From the NCBI GenBank assembly GCA_902581605.1, contig CACHPE010000004.1, forward strand, positions 26,901-90,900: a DNA stretch of 64,000 bases. The letters run 5' to 3'. The DNA comes from an uncultured Pelagibacteraceae bacterium (GTDB lineage Bacteria > Pseudomonadota > Alphaproteobacteria > Pelagibacterales > Pelagibacteraceae). Under the pieces are notes generated by a model. That model saw only the letters and a list, made by a program, of their open reading frames with translations, was not told where the DNA came from and did not search any database. This document shows positions 41,020-51,722 of the stretch, in pieces; positions within the stretch are counted from its first letter, which is position 1; each line of letters starts with the position of its first letter. Made by a program: the position numbers and the translations under genes.

Positions 41020-42282
41020 ATGAGTGATCACGATTACAGACCAAAATCGAAAGTAGGACAATGGTTCAATGACCGATTGCCACTATTAACCCTTGCAAAT
41101 CATTTAACAGATTATCCAACTCCTAAAAATTTAAATTATTGGTGGACTTTTGGTGGAATTTTAACTTTTTGTTTAATCACTCAAATTGTAACAGGACTAA
41201 CTCTTGCAATGCATTATATTGCTCATGCTGATATGGCTTTTGAAAGTGTAGAGCACATCATGCGTGACGTTAACTATGGATGGTTAATTAGATATATTCA
41301 TGCAAACGGCGCTTCAATGTTTTTTCTAGCAGTGTATATTCATATTTTTAGATCATTATTTTACGGTTCTTATAAATCTCCTAGAGAAATAATATGGATT
41401 TTAGGGATAATAATTTATTTATTAATGATGGCTGCAGCATTTATGGGTTATGTGTTGCCATGGGGTCAAATGAGTTTTTGGGGAGCAACAGTTATTACAA
41501 ATTTATTTAGCGCTATTCCTCTGGTAGGAGAGGGAATAGTTACTTGGTTGTGGGGTGGTTATTCAGTTGACAACCCTACATTAACAAGATTTTTTACTTT
41601 GCATTACTTAATTCCATTTTTAATTTTAGGATTAGTTGTTTTACATATATGGGCTTTACATGTTCCTGGTAACAATAATCCAGTAGGAATAGATATAAAA
41701 AAACCATCTAAAGACACTGTACCTTTTCATCCTTACATCGTAATTAAAGATGGTTTTGCTTTACTAATGTTTATGATTGTGTTTGCTTTCTTTGTATTTT
41801 ATGCACCAAATATTTTAGGACATGCAGATAATTATATAGAAGCTAACCCAATGGTAACACCTGCACATATTGTTCCTGAGTGGTATCTATTACCTTTTTA
41901 TGCAATATTAAGATCAGTCCCTGATAAATTGCTAGGAGTTGTGGCTATGTTATCAGCAATATTAATCTTAGCAGTTTTACCTTGGTTAGATACCTCAAAA
42001 ATAAGATCAGCAGTATTTAGACCTTTATATAAACAATTTTACTGGATACTAGTTGCAGATGTTTTGATACTTGGTTATGTGGGTGCGATGCCGGCTGAAG
42101 GACTTTATTTGCTGATAGCAAGAGTTGCTACTGCGTATTACTTTTTACATTTTTTAGTTATTCTTCCTGTTTTAGGGTTTAAAGAAAAAACTTTACCAGT
42201 GCCTTTAAGTATTACCGAACCAGTTCTAGGTGGTTCACCAAATTTAGCGGCAGCCAGAAATAAAGAAAGTAAAATAGAATAG
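41020..42282 (+). CDS. petB: Cytochrome b
   Basis: [28 protein letters not shown] motifs. Confidence 0.98.
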   Translation: MSDHDYRPKSKVGQWFNDRLPLLTLANHLTDYPTPKNLNYWWTFGGILTFCLITQIVTGLTLAMHYIAHADMAFESVEHIMRDVNYGWLIRYIHANGASMFFLAVYIHIFRSLFYGSYKSPREIIWILGIIIYLLMMAAAFMGYVLPWGQMSFWGATVITNLFSAIPLVGEGIVTWLWGGYSVDNPTLTRFFTLHYLIPFLILGLVVLHIWALHVPGNNNPVGIDIKKPSKDTVPFHPYIVIKDGFALLMFMIVFAFFVFYAPNILGHADNYIEANPMVTPAHIVPEWYLLPFYAILRSVPDKLLGVVAMLSAILILAVLPWLDTSKIRSAVFRPLYKQFYWILVADVLILGYVGAMPAEGLYLLIARVATAYYFLHFLVILPVLGFKEKTLPVPLSITEPVLGGSPNLAAARNKESKIE

Positions 42283-42283
42283 A

Positions 42284-43063
42284 GTGAAAAATTTATTTAA
42301 ATTATTTTCTATAATTATCTTAATTATTGCCTCAAATTCATACTCTGTTGCTGCTGAAAAAGTAGAATATCTAAAAACTGATTGGAGTTTTAAGGGTTTA
42401 TTTGGAAAATTTGATAGAGCTTCTCTTCAAAGAGGTTATCAAGTTTATACCGAAGTATGTGCCTCTTGTCATTCGATGAAATATTTAAGTTATAGAAATT
42501 TAGCAGAGCCAGGTGGGCCAGAATTCTCAGAAGCTCAAGCTAAAGCTATAGCAGCCTCTTTTGAAGTAACTGATGGTCCAAATTCTGATGGGGAGATGTT
42601 TACAAGACCAGGAAAATTATCTGATAAATTTGTAATGCCATATGATAATGTAAAAGCAGCTCAAGCTGCAAATGGTGGCGCATACCCTCCTGACATGTCT
42701 GTTTTGGTTAAAGCAAGAGGTGGTGGTGTTGACTATATTTATTCCTTATTACAGGGATATGAAGAAGCTCCTAGCAATGTGTCTTTAGATGATGGAGTTT
42801 ATTACAACAAATATATGTATGGTAATAAAATTAGAATGTCAGCTCCATTATCGGATGGATTAGTTGAGTATGGTGATGGAACAAATGCAACAGTAGAACA
42901 AATGTCAAAAGATGTAACGACTTTTTTAATGTGGTCTGCTGAACCTCACTTAGAAGCTAGACATCAAATGGGCTTTAAAGCAATCGTATATTTGATTATT
43001 CTCACAATTCTGGTTTATTTCAGTATGAAAAAAATATGGTCACGTGTTGAATCTGAAGTTTAG
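42284..43063 (+). CDS. petC: Cytochrome c1
   Basis: CASCH, PPDMS, C-terminal TM anchor. Confidence 0.97.
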   Translation: MKNLFKLFSIIILIIASNSYSVAAEKVEYLKTDWSFKGLFGKFDRASLQRGYQVYTEVCASCHSMKYLSYRNLAEPGGPEFSEAQAKAIAASFEVTDGPNSDGEMFTRPGKLSDKFVMPYDNVKAAQAANGGAYPPDMSVLVKARGGGVDYIYSLLQGYEEAPSNVSLDDGVYYNKYMYGNKIRMSAPLSDGLVEYGDGTNATVEQMSKDVTTFLMWSAEPHLEARHQMGFKAIVYLIILTILVYFSMKKIWSRVESEV

Positions 43064-44113
43064 TACGTCTCCATCTTTTACAATATAATCCTTACCCTCT
43101 AATCTCATTTTTCCATTAGCTTTAGAATTTACCCATCCATCATTAGCAACGAAATCTTCATAAGATATAGTTTCAGCTCTAATAAAACCTTTTTCAAAAT
43201 CAGTATGAATTTCTCCAGCAGCTTTAGGAGCAGTACAGTTTTTTTGTATAGTCCAAGCCCTTGTTTCTTCAGGTCCAGAAGTAAAGTACGTATCAAGTTC
43301 TAATATTTTATAGCCCTTTTGAATTAACATACTTAGACCTGTATCTTTTAAACCAATCATGTCCATATAATTTTTTTTTTCATCTTCTGCCAATTCATTT
43401 ATTTGGTTTTCTATATCTGCAGAAACAATAAGAGTGTTATCTTTTCCGAATTTTTCAATAAAGTTTTTAGTATATTTATTTCCATCCTGCACGCTTCGCT
43501 CGTCTACATTGCAAACAAAAATCTTTGGTTTTATTGATAAAAGGCCACTTTGATTAAGTTGTTTTGTATCAAATTGAGATTTTAATATTGATATATCTTT
43601 ATCATTATTGATGCAGTCTAATGCAATCTGTAAAATCTTAAGCTGATCTTCGTCAACATTTTTCTTATTATTTTTTTCAAGCCTTTTTTGAATAGACTCT
43701 AGGTCAGCTAGCATCATCTCAGTTTCAATAATCTCAAGATCTCTTATTGGGTCAACATCAGGATTAACATTTTGAATATCGTCTGAGTCAAAGCATCTAA
43801 TCATATGAATAACTGCATCGACTTCTCTTATGTGAGATAGAAATTTGTTACCTAATCCCTCACCTTTAGATGCGCCTTTTACAAGACCAGCTATATCAAC
43901 AAATGAAATAGTTGTATTTATGGTTTTTTTTGATTTTGAAACTTCTGATAATTTATTTAATCTTTCATCTGGCACGGGGACTACACCCACATTGGGATCT
44001 ATTGTACAAAATGGAAAGTTTGCAGCTTGAGCTTTACTAGAGTTTGTGAGAGCATTGAAAAGTGTAGATTTACCCACATTAGGTAAACCAACAATTCCAC
44101 ATTTAAAACTCAT
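43040..44113 (-). CDS. ychF: Obg-family ATPase YchF
   Basis: GLPNVGKST, FPFCTIDPN, DIAGLV, HTDFEKGFIRAE motifs. Confidence 0.97.
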   Translation of the reverse strand: MSFKCGIVGLPNVGKSTLFNALTNSSKAQAANFPFCTIDPNVGVVPVPDERLNKLSEVSKSKKTINTTISFVDIAGLVKGASKGEGLGNKFLSHIREVDAVIHMIRCFDSDDIQNVNPDVDPIRDLEIIETEMMLADLESIQKRLEKNNKKNVDEDQLKILQIALDCINNDKDISILKSQFDTKQLNQSGLLSIKPKIFVCNVDERSVQDGNKYTKNFIEKFGKDNTLIVSADIENQINELAEDEKKNYMDMIGLKDTGLSMLIQKGYKILELDTYFTSGPEETRAWTIQKNCTAPKAAGEIHTDFEKGFIRAETISYEDFVANDGWVNSKANGKMRLEGKDYIVKDGDVLNFRFNT

Positions 44114-44673
44114 TATTTATTATTTATAGTACTAGAGAATAAATCTAATTTTTTGTCTATAAGTATTGAAATAGAATCTGTGATATTGTTAGTAATTTTT
44201 TCCAATCCTATCATTTCATCTTCATCAAAATTCTGAAGAACAAAATCACTTACTTCCATTTTGTCTTTTGGTTTACCTATTCCTATTCGAACTCTTGAAT
44301 AATCTTTACCAATAAATTTATCTATTGATGCAATTCCGTTATGTCCTGCATCAGATCCACCAAATTTTGCTTTTATCTTTCCAAATTCTACATCTAGATC
44401 GTCATGGAAAACGATAACATCCTCAGCATCTATTTTGAAGTATTCAATTAACTCTCTGATACAAATTCCAGAATTATTCATAAATGTTAAAGGTTTAATA
44501 GCGTAAACTTTTTGATCTCCTACATTACCAGTTGTAAGAAGTCCTTTAAATTTTGGTTTTTGTTTTGAAAGTCCAAATTTTTTATTTATTGCATCTATGA
44601 TTTTGAAACCAATATTGTGTCTATTGTTTTCACTGTCTGGGGTTGGATTGCCTAATCCTACAAGTAGAAGCAT
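44113..44673 (-). CDS. pth: Peptidyl-tRNA hydrolase
   Basis: GLGNP, RHNIGF, FMNNSG, GHNG motifs. Confidence 0.96.
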   Translation of the reverse strand: MLLLVGLGNPTPDSENNRHNIGFKIIDAINKKFGLSKQKPKFKGLLTTGNVGDQKVYAIKPLTFMNNSGICIRELIEYFKIDAEDVIVFHDDLDVEFGKIKAKFGGSDAGHNGIASIDKFIGKDYSRVRIGIGKPKDKMEVSDFVLQNFDEDEMIGLEKITNNITDSISILIDKKLDLFSSTINNK

Positions 44674-44714
44674 AAAATATTAGTATTGGAGGATAAAATT
44701 CAATTTTAATTAAC

Positions 44715-45428
44715 TTATTTTTTTTCTTCAGCAGGTTTTTTGTCTTCACCTTCTTTTTTATCACCTTCAGCCGCTGGTTTCTCTCCACCTTCAGCTGCTG
44801 CCGCTTCTGTTCCTTCAGCACCTTCTCCCTCAGCCGCCTCAGCTTCTGCAGGTTTTTCAGGTTCTTTCATAACAGTTGGAGCTGCTAGAGTTGCAATTAC
44901 GAAATCTCTTCCTTGAATAGTAGGAGTGACGTCACTGTCAAGATTTATAGAAGAAATCTTAAAACTCTCTCCAATATCAACTCCATCAAGATCTATTACA
45001 AGATTTTCAGGAATTTTTTCACTTGGACATTTTAGCTCAACTTTTCTTCTTACAATGTTTAAAACGCCACCTCTTTTCAAACCAGGAGATTTTTCATGAT
45101 TCAAAAATTTTACTGGAACTTCAATTCTTACTTTTACTCCTGCGACTATTCTTAGAAAGTCTACATGAATTGGTTCATCTGAAATAATGTCATATTTTAT
45201 TTCTCTTGGAAGAGCTTTTTGAGGTTTGCCATCAACATTTAAAGTTATGATACTTGATAAAAAATTTTCATTTTCAATTAGTGATTTAAGTACCTTTTTA
45301 GATATTGAAATCTTTTCGTTTTGAGCTTCACCACCATAAATTATAGCAGGCACATTACCGTTATCCCTCAGCGAATTAAGCTCACCTTTAGTTTTTGTAG
45401 TTCTGATGTTAGCATCTAATGAATTCAT
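44715..45428 (-). CDS. rplY: 50S ribosomal protein L25/Ctc
   Basis: VPAIIYG, HVDF, PGLKRGG motifs; acidic tail. Confidence 0.95.
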   Translation of the reverse strand: MNSLDANIRTTKTKGELNSLRDNGNVPAIIYGGEAQNEKISISKKVLKSLIENENFLSSIITLNVDGKPQKALPREIKYDIISDEPIHVDFLRIVAGVKVRIEVPVKFLNHEKSPGLKRGGVLNIVRRKVELKCPSEKIPENLVIDLDGVDIGESFKISSINLDSDVTPTIQGRDFVIATLAAPTVMKEPEKPAEAEAAEGEGAEGTEAAAAEGGEKPAAEGDKKEGEDKKPAEEKK

Positions 45429-45473
45429 AAAAACAAAGGTTTTTAGCTTAAGTTCCTTAATAACTCAAGGTAT

Positions 45474-46406
45474 TTATTTGAATAAATCTGATACTGAAGT
45501 TGAATTAGATATTCTTTTAATTGCTTCACCCATAAGACCTGAAATTGACAGAACTTCAATGTTTTTAGCACCTTTAACTCTGTTCATGTTATCAATTGTA
45601 TCAGTTATTACTAAATTTTTAATTACTGATTTTTTAATTTTATTTACAGCTTCTCCACTAAGTACACCATGAGTAATGTAAACATAAACTTCTTTGGCAC
45701 CTCGATCTTTAAGAGCCTTAGCTGCGTTTACAATTGTACCACCTGAATCGATTATATCGTCAACAAGAATACAAGTTTTTCCTTTAACATCTCCAATAAT
45801 ATTCATTACTTGAGATTGACCTGGCTTTGGTCTTCTTTTATCTACAATTGCTAGTCCAACATTTAAAATCTTTCCTAGTGCTCTAGCTCTCTCAGTACCA
45901 CCAACATCTGGTGCAACACAAATTAGATTTTTACTTTTTATCTTTTTTTTTACATGTCTTGCAAAAATAGGTGTTGCGAACAAGTTATCTACTGGAATAT
46001 CAAAAAATCCTTGAATTTGTCCTGCATGCAAATCAACAGTAACAACTCTATCTGCTCCCGCTTTAGTAATTAGATTTGAGACAAGTTTTGCTGAAATTGA
46101 GGTTCTTGGTGCAACTTTTCTATCTTGTCTAGCATAACCAAAGTACGGAATAACAGCAGTAATATTTTTTGCTGACGATCTCTTAAGTGCATCAATACAT
46201 AGTAGTAATTCCATTAGGTTATCATTTGCAGGAGATGAAACAGATTGAATTAAAAAAATACTATTACCTCTAATATTTTCATTTATTTCCACATAGATTT
46301 CTCCATCAGAAAAATTTCTAATACTAGAGTTTACTAATTTAGATTTTAGATATTTAGCAATACTCTTGCTTAATGGTTTGTTGCTATTTCCGGATAATAA
46401 TTTCAT
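45474..46406 (-). CDS. prs: Ribose-phosphate pyrophosphokinase
   Basis: [31 protein letters not shown] motifs. Confidence 0.97.
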   Translation of the reverse strand: MKLLSGNSNKPLSKSIAKYLKSKLVNSSIRNFSDGEIYVEINENIRGNSIFLIQSVSSPANDNLMELLLCIDALKRSSAKNITAVIPYFGYARQDRKVAPRTSISAKLVSNLITKAGADRVVTVDLHAGQIQGFFDIPVDNLFATPIFARHVKKKIKSKNLICVAPDVGGTERARALGKILNVGLAIVDKRRPKPGQSQVMNIIGDVKGKTCILVDDIIDSGGTIVNAAKALKDRGAKEVYVYITHGVLSGEAVNKIKKSVIKNLVITDTIDNMNRVKGAKNIEVLSISGLMGEAIKRISNSTSVSDLFK

Positions 46407-46415
46407 TAAAAAAGC

Positions 46416-47174
46416 CTAATAAAGCATAATTATTGAAATATTTCTACCATAATCATCATGATTTAACCTTAACGATCTTCTTGCACTAAAAAAATTATTA
46501 TTAATATCAAATGTATCAATATTTAAAGACTCAATATTTTTTATTTTATTCTTTAAAAGACATGATTTTACATATTTAGGTAAATCAAAATAAAGCTTTT
46601 TGTACTTAATTTTAAAAAATTTATTATTTTTTTTATCCTTTTTTATAAATTTTCTTTTAAAATCTGCCTTTACTTCATAATTTTTAGCCGAGATAGCAGG
46701 TCCGATAGCTGCAGTAATATTTTTAGGATTAGATCCTTTTTTGATCATAAATTGGATTACTTTGCTAATTATATCTTTGTATGCACCTTTCCACCCCGCA
46801 TGAATCGCTGCAATTAATTTTTTTCTTTCATCACAGATTAAAATTGGCACACAATCAGCAGTTAAAACGCCAATTGGTATATTTTTTTGATTTGTAATTA
46901 CTGCGTCTGCTTTTGGTTTTGGTTTAAATGTGTTTTTTTCATCAATATAAACAAATTTATTACTGTGTATTTGATGAAGTAAAAAAATACTTTTAGCGGT
47001 GCTTTTTATTTTTTTTATAACTATTTTTAAATTTTTTTTAACATCTGTCGGATTGTCTTTAGAACCAGGACCACAGTTTAAACTTTTATAAATTTTTTTT
47101 GATTTACCGCCAGTTTTATTAAAAAAACCATGTTTAATAGTTTTAATTTTTGAGAGTTTTTTTGATTTTATCAA
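46416..47174 (-). CDS. pgeF: PgeF/YfiH family protein
   Basis: HGFF, QIHS, TADCVP, IHAGWKG, FFSARR motifs. Confidence 0.92.
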   Translation of the reverse strand: MIKSKKLSKIKTIKHGFFNKTGGKSKKIYKSLNCGPGSKDNPTDVKKNLKIVIKKIKSTAKSIFLLHQIHSNKFVYIDEKNTFKPKPKADAVITNQKNIPIGVLTADCVPILICDERKKLIAAIHAGWKGAYKDIISKVIQFMIKKGSNPKNITAAIGPAISAKNYEVKADFKRKFIKKDKKNNKFFKIKYKKLYFDLPKYVKSCLLKNKIKNIESLNIDTFDINNNFFSARRSLRLNHDDYGRNISIIMLY

Positions 47175-48223
47175 TTTTGAAAACCTGTTTTAAAATTATT
47201 TTTTTTATTTTTTATAAGCATGACTTTGAATAATTCACCCATCTGCTTGTCATCTATCAAACGTCTTACCCTATAAAATAAATCTGCTTTTTTAGAAAAT
47301 GCTATATTTTTGCTGATTATTTCTGCTCTTTGAAGAATACCCATACTTGTTAAAAATTTTTTTTGATTTGTAAAAATTGAATTAATTTCTTTAAACTGAC
47401 TTATAAATTTCTCAAAAAAATGAAAGTTTATATTGTAAGTAATATCAGAGTCTCCAATATTCTCTAAAATGTTAGAATATTTATGGTTATTTACCGCCTG
47501 AAGGGTTTCATGCATTTTGCTGTCTGCATAACCATAATCAATTATTAACATTCCTCCATCATTTTTTTTCACCAAGTCACAAATTGTTCTTAAATATTTA
47601 AAAGTGTCTGGTGAATATTCTATTATGTTCTGATTTTTTGATATTCCAAAATTAAGATATTTTTCAATTTTTTCTATATCTATTTTTTCTTCTTTAAATT
47701 CAGCTTTTTTTGCATCATTCATAAACACGTATCTTTCAAACCAACCATCTTTTTTTTTAAAAAATTGTTTGATTGGTACGGCATCAAAGAATTCATTAGC
47801 TAAAAAAATTGTTGGGTTAGAGTTTATTTTTTCAATATCTTTTAACCATGAAAATTTTTTAGAATTTAAATTTTTTTTTTGTTCATTTATTAAAAAATCA
47901 CTTTTTTCATGAATTACAAAACTGCAGGCATTGTAACATTCGGGAAAATTTATAAGTGTCTCATTAATGACTTTCATCATTTCACCATTTCCAGCTCCCA
48001 GTTCTAGCAAATTAAATTTTTTTGGAGAGCCTAAACTTTTCCAAAAAGTAATTGTCCAAATTGCAATAATCTCTGAAAATAATCTTGTGATATTGGGAGC
48101 AGTAATAAAATCTCCGTCTTCACCAAAAGGATTCTTTTTCATATAAAAACCTTTATCCTTATCGTAAAGAGCAAAATTTATAAATTGATCTAATGGTAAA
48201 TTATTTGTTTTAGCGATTTTCAT
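47171..48223 (-). CDS. NDUFAF7/MidA family SAM-dependent methyltransferase
   Basis: GDFITAP, ELGAGNG, ANEFFDA, IDYG, MGELFK motifs. Confidence 0.9.
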   Translation of the reverse strand: MKIAKTNNLPLDQFINFALYDKDKGFYMKKNPFGEDGDFITAPNITRLFSEIIAIWTITFWKSLGSPKKFNLLELGAGNGEMMKVINETLINFPECYNACSFVIHEKSDFLINEQKKNLNSKKFSWLKDIEKINSNPTIFLANEFFDAVPIKQFFKKKDGWFERYVFMNDAKKAEFKEEKIDIEKIEKYLNFGISKNQNIIEYSPDTFKYLRTICDLVKKNDGGMLIIDYGYADSKMHETLQAVNNHKYSNILENIGDSDITYNINFHFFEKFISQFKEINSIFTNQKKFLTSMGILQRAEIISKNIAFSKKADLFYRVRRLIDDKQMGELFKVMLIKNKKNNFKTGFQN

Positions 48224-48980
48224 ATTTTAAATAAAATAAGATTACGCCTGATAATATAAATATTAAACTTACTACTTGCCCCATCGTTAAGTTTAAAAAT
48301 ACATAACCTAGCTGTTCGTCTGGTACTCTATAAAATTCAACAATAAATCTGAAGATTGAGTAAATTATTAAAAATAATCCTGAAACTACACCAGGTTTAT
48401 TTGAAAATTTGTTTTTAAAATAAATTAATAAGAAAAATAAAAATAAACCCTCTAATAGTGCTTCATATAATTGCGAGGGATGCCTAGGAAGATTATCTAC
48501 CTGAACAAATGTTACTGCCCAGGGCACATTAGTTATAGTTCCATACAACTCTGAATTTATAAAGTTTGCTATTCGTCCAAAAAATAATCCCACTGGAGCT
48601 ACTAAAGCAACAATGTCCAAATATAAAAATGGGTTTTGATTATTTTTTTTAGCAAAAAATAAAGATGCAAAAATAACCCCAATTAAACCTCCATGGAAAG
48701 ACATTCCTCCTTGCCAAATTTTAAATATATCTAATGGATTATTTATATAAAAACTTAAATTATAAATAAAAATATAACCAAGTCTTCCTCCTAAAATTAT
48801 ACCTATAATTAAATAAGTTAAATAATCATCAAATTTATTTTTAACTTCTATGTCTTGGATAAATATTTTTTTAGCGAGTATCCAGCCTAATATAATTCCA
48901 AATATATAAGCTAAAGAATACCACCTAATTTCTAAAGAAAATATTTCTAAGGCTACTGGGTCAAAATTATTAATGAACAT
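48210..48980 (-). CDS. lgt: Prolipoprotein diacylglyceryl transferase
   Basis: GGRLGY, GGMSFHGG, GRIANFINSEL, HPSQLYE motifs. Confidence 0.97.
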   Translation of the reverse strand: MFINNFDPVALEIFSLEIRWYSLAYIFGIILGWILAKKIFIQDIEVKNKFDDYLTYLIIGIILGGRLGYIFIYNLSFYINNPLDIFKIWQGGMSFHGGLIGVIFASLFFAKKNNQNPFLYLDIVALVAPVGLFFGRIANFINSELYGTITNVPWAVTFVQVDNLPRHPSQLYEALLEGLFLFFLLIYFKNKFSNKPGVVSGLFLIIYSIFRFIVEFYRVPDEQLGYVFLNLTMGQVVSLIFILSGVILFYLKYENR

Positions 48981-49012
48981 TTTTAATAATACTTATAATG
49001 TATATCTTAAAT

Positions 49013-49264
49013 ATGAAAAATTCTAAATTTATAATTGATAAGTTTGCTAAATTAATAGAGCAGGGACTAGTATCTTCAAAAGACTTAACTACTGAATTAT
49101 TTAATATCTTAAAATCTAAAAGAGATGAGTTTGTATTTAAAATGAAACTTACAAGTAAAGATGAGTTTGAAGTACTCTCAAAACGTGTTGAGAATCTTGA
49201 AAATAAAATCAATAAACTTGAGAAAAAAAAAATAAAAAAAGTTAAACAGGCAAGAAAACCTTAA
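49013..49264 (+). CDS. ubiK: UbiK-like accessory factor
   Basis: KMKLTSKDEFEVL plus coiled coil; divergent from lgt as in many alphaproteobacteria. Confidence 0.65.
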   Translation: MKNSKFIIDKFAKLIEQGLVSSKDLTTELFNILKSKRDEFVFKMKLTSKDEFEVLSKRVENLENKINKLEKKKIKKVKQARKP

Positions 49265-50570
49265 CTCTTAAACCATCCATTTTTGATTTTTCTAACATTA
49301 TATTTCCTCCATGAGATTTGATAATGTCTGATGAAATTGATAAGCCAAGACCAACACTTGATTTAGAGTCTGCTCGACCCTTATCTATTTTATAAAAAGG
49401 TTTAAATACATTTTCATACTCATTTTTCGGTATTCCAGGACCATCATCATCAATAATAATGAATAAGTTTGTATTTTTTTTACTTAAACTAATTTTGACT
49501 TTATTTGCATATTTTAGTGAATTATCAATTAGATTATTTAGACACCTGTTAATCAAATTTTTCCTACCATTAAAGTAAATTCTTGGTGTTAAGTTTTGTA
49601 AAATATTTTCATTATTATATTTCTTGATAACTTCTGAAATTAATTCAGATATATTGAACATTTTATCTTTTTCAACATATGATGAGCTAGTGAATTGCAA
49701 ATATTCATTTAACATTTTCTCCATTTCATTGATGTCCTCAGTCAATTTATTAACAGTTTCTTTATCTTTTATAAAAGCTAATTGTAGTTTCATCCTTGTT
49801 AAGGGTGTCCTTAAATCATGACTTATTCCAGACAACATTTCTGTTCTTTGATTTAAGTGTCTTTCAATTCTCTTTCTCATTTTATCAAATTCATGTCCTG
49901 CTTGTCTTATTTCAAGGGCTCCAGAAGGTTTGAACTCTTCAATATTTTCCCCTTTACCAAACCTTTCAGCCGCACGAGCCAGGTTAGTGATTGGTCTAGT
50001 TTGATTTTTTAAAAATATTAGAGAAATGACCACCATTATAATTGCAGGTACTGTGATCCAAAGTGCAAATATTCTTGCTGAAGAACTTGCAACTCTATCT
50101 TTAGGTACTAAAAATTTAAAATAACCATCCTCGTATTTAATTCTTAAATCAATTAATTCTTTATAAATGGTTGTATCAAACCAGTATTCATCTAATCCAA
50201 ATTTAGATTTTAGTTCTCTTCTTAAAGTTCTATCTATAGGACTAAACCATCTTTCAGTATCTGTATTTTGTAATTTTTCGTTATTGGTGAATTCAATATT
50301 TAAATCTAAAAATATGGAAAAAAGATCTAGCAATTCTTGTTTATTTTCTTGCTCACTTCCATAGACTTCAATAAATGTACTAATTTCATTTATCAAAGTT
50401 CTCGTCATACCTTTGTTTGTTTTTATCCAAAGGCTATCAAAAAAAACAATTGTAATTACTAGTTGTAGAACTAAAACTGGAATAGCAACAATAAGGAGTG
50501 CTCGATAAAATAATCTTTTTGGTAATATTTTTTTTAAGTAGTTACTCAATCCAGAGAACATATCCTGCAC
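49242..50570 (-). CDS. EnvZ-like sensor histidine kinase
   Basis: Two TMs, HAMP, SHDLRTPL, DDDGPG, GLGL motifs. Confidence 0.92.
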   Translation of the reverse strand: MQDMFSGLSNYLKKILPKRLFYRALLIVAIPVLVLQLVITIVFFDSLWIKTNKGMTRTLINEISTFIEVYGSEQENKQELLDLFSIFLDLNIEFTNNEKLQNTDTERWFSPIDRTLRRELKSKFGLDEYWFDTTIYKELIDLRIKYEDGYFKFLVPKDRVASSSARIFALWITVPAIIMVVISLIFLKNQTRPITNLARAAERFGKGENIEEFKPSGALEIRQAGHEFDKMRKRIERHLNQRTEMLSGISHDLRTPLTRMKLQLAFIKDKETVNKLTEDINEMEKMLNEYLQFTSSSYVEKDKMFNISELISEVIKKYNNENILQNLTPRIYFNGRKNLINRCLNNLIDNSLKYANKVKISLSKKNTNLFIIIDDDGPGIPKNEYENVFKPFYKIDKGRADSKSSVGLGLSISSDIIKSHGGNIMLEKSKMDGLRVKVFLPV

Positions 50571-51219
50571 CTCTTATTGTCTGTAAAAATTTTGGATTTT
50601 TTGGATCAATTTCAATTTTTTTTCTAAGCCTAGTTATAATAACATCAATTGATCTCTCTTTATCTAGATTAATTAATTGACCAATATCTTCCCTAGAAAA
50701 TGTTTTACCTGGGTTATTAATCATTTTTTCTAAAATTGTCTTTTCTGTTGCATTTATTTTAAATTCTTTATCATTTTTAAATATTAATAGTTTATTCAAA
50801 TCAATTTTAACATTTTCAAATTCTATAAATCTTTTTTGATCTGTTTTAATAGTTTTATTTAATATGTTTTGTATCCTTAGAATTAATTCTTTTGGTTCAA
50901 ATGGTTTTGGTAAATAATCATCTGCACCAATCTCTAACCCCACAACCCTTTCATTTGCCTCACCTTTAGCTGTTAAAAGTATAACTGGTGTATCTAATTT
51001 TTTTTTATTTTCTTTTAAAAATTCTAGCCCGCTTTTACCTGGCATCATGATATCTAAAACAATCAAATCAAACTTAATTATTTTTATTTTCTCTAACGCA
51101 TTTTCTGCACTTTCTGCAGTAGTGACTAAGAATTTATTTTCATTTAAATACTTTTTTACGAGAGCTCTAATTCCATCATCATCATCAACTACTAGTATAT
51201 GTGCAATAAAATTATCCAT
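50542..51219 (-). CDS. OmpR-family response regulator
   Basis: VVDDD, LDIMMPG, KPF, RSIDVIITRLR, TIRGAGY motifs. Confidence 0.93.
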   Translation of the reverse strand: MDNFIAHILVVDDDDGIRALVKKYLNENKFLVTTAESAENALEKIKIIKFDLIVLDIMMPGKSGLEFLKENKKKLDTPVILLTAKGEANERVVGLEIGADDYLPKPFEPKELILRIQNILNKTIKTDQKRFIEFENVKIDLNKLLIFKNDKEFKINATEKTILEKMINNPGKTFSREDIGQLINLDKERSIDVIITRLRKKIEIDPKNPKFLQTIRGAGYVLWIE

Positions 51220-51649
51220 TAATTATTTTACTTAGTACATTATCGAAATTTATAACTTCTTCAGAACTTGAATTTAGCAAAGCATTATAAATTCTTTTTT
51301 TTTGTAAATTAAATATTTCATTAAAAATTTTTTTACCTTTATCATTAAGAAAAATATGCTTTACTCTTGTATCTTGGTCATCTTTTTTAAACATGACTAT
51401 TTCAAGTTTAATCAAATCTTTTAGAACACGATTTAAGCTTTGTTTCGTGACTTTTAATCTTTTAAGCAGCTCGGAAATTGAGATTCCCTCATACATTGAC
51501 AACAAATGAATTACTTTATGGTGTGCTAAACCAATCGAATATCTATCTAATATTTTTTTTGAGTCAGAAAAGGTTTCTCTGTAGCTTACGAATAGTTTTT
51601 CAATAAGATCTTTAAGCTGCTCATCTTTTAAATATAAAAGTTCTTTCAT
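51212..51649 (-). CDS. MarR family regulator (PetP-like)
   Basis: LKVTKQSLNRVLKDL HTH, DTR; start moved to ATG 51649. Confidence 0.87.
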   Translation of the reverse strand: MKELLYLKDEQLKDLIEKLFVSYRETFSDSKKILDRYSIGLAHHKVIHLLSMYEGISISELLKRLKVTKQSLNRVLKDLIKLEIVMFKKDDQDTRVKHIFLNDKGKKIFNEIFNLQKKRIYNALLNSSSEEVINFDNVLSKIING

Positions 51650-51664
51650 AATAGGTAAGTTATA

Positions 51665-51693
51665 TTGACATATTAAAGATACAAAGATATTTT
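51665..51693 (+). promoter_or_regulatory. Candidate sigma70 promoter for ilvE
   Basis: TTGACA (51665-51670), 17-nt spacer, TATTTT (51688-51693), about 30 nt before ATG. Confidence 0.4.
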
Positions 51694-51722
51694 TCATTTA
51701 TAAATTAAAAAATTTTTCACAC

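Noticed and set aside
43040-43063. Convergent 3' overlaps (petC/ychF; also ubiK/kinase, cca/greA)
   Set aside because: Short tail-to-tail overlaps are routine in streamlined genomes
44715-44860. GC-richer repetitive stretch (cagccgc/ccttc units)
   Set aside because: Encodes the ordinary Ala/Glu/Gly-rich tail of L25/Ctc; not a DNA repeat element
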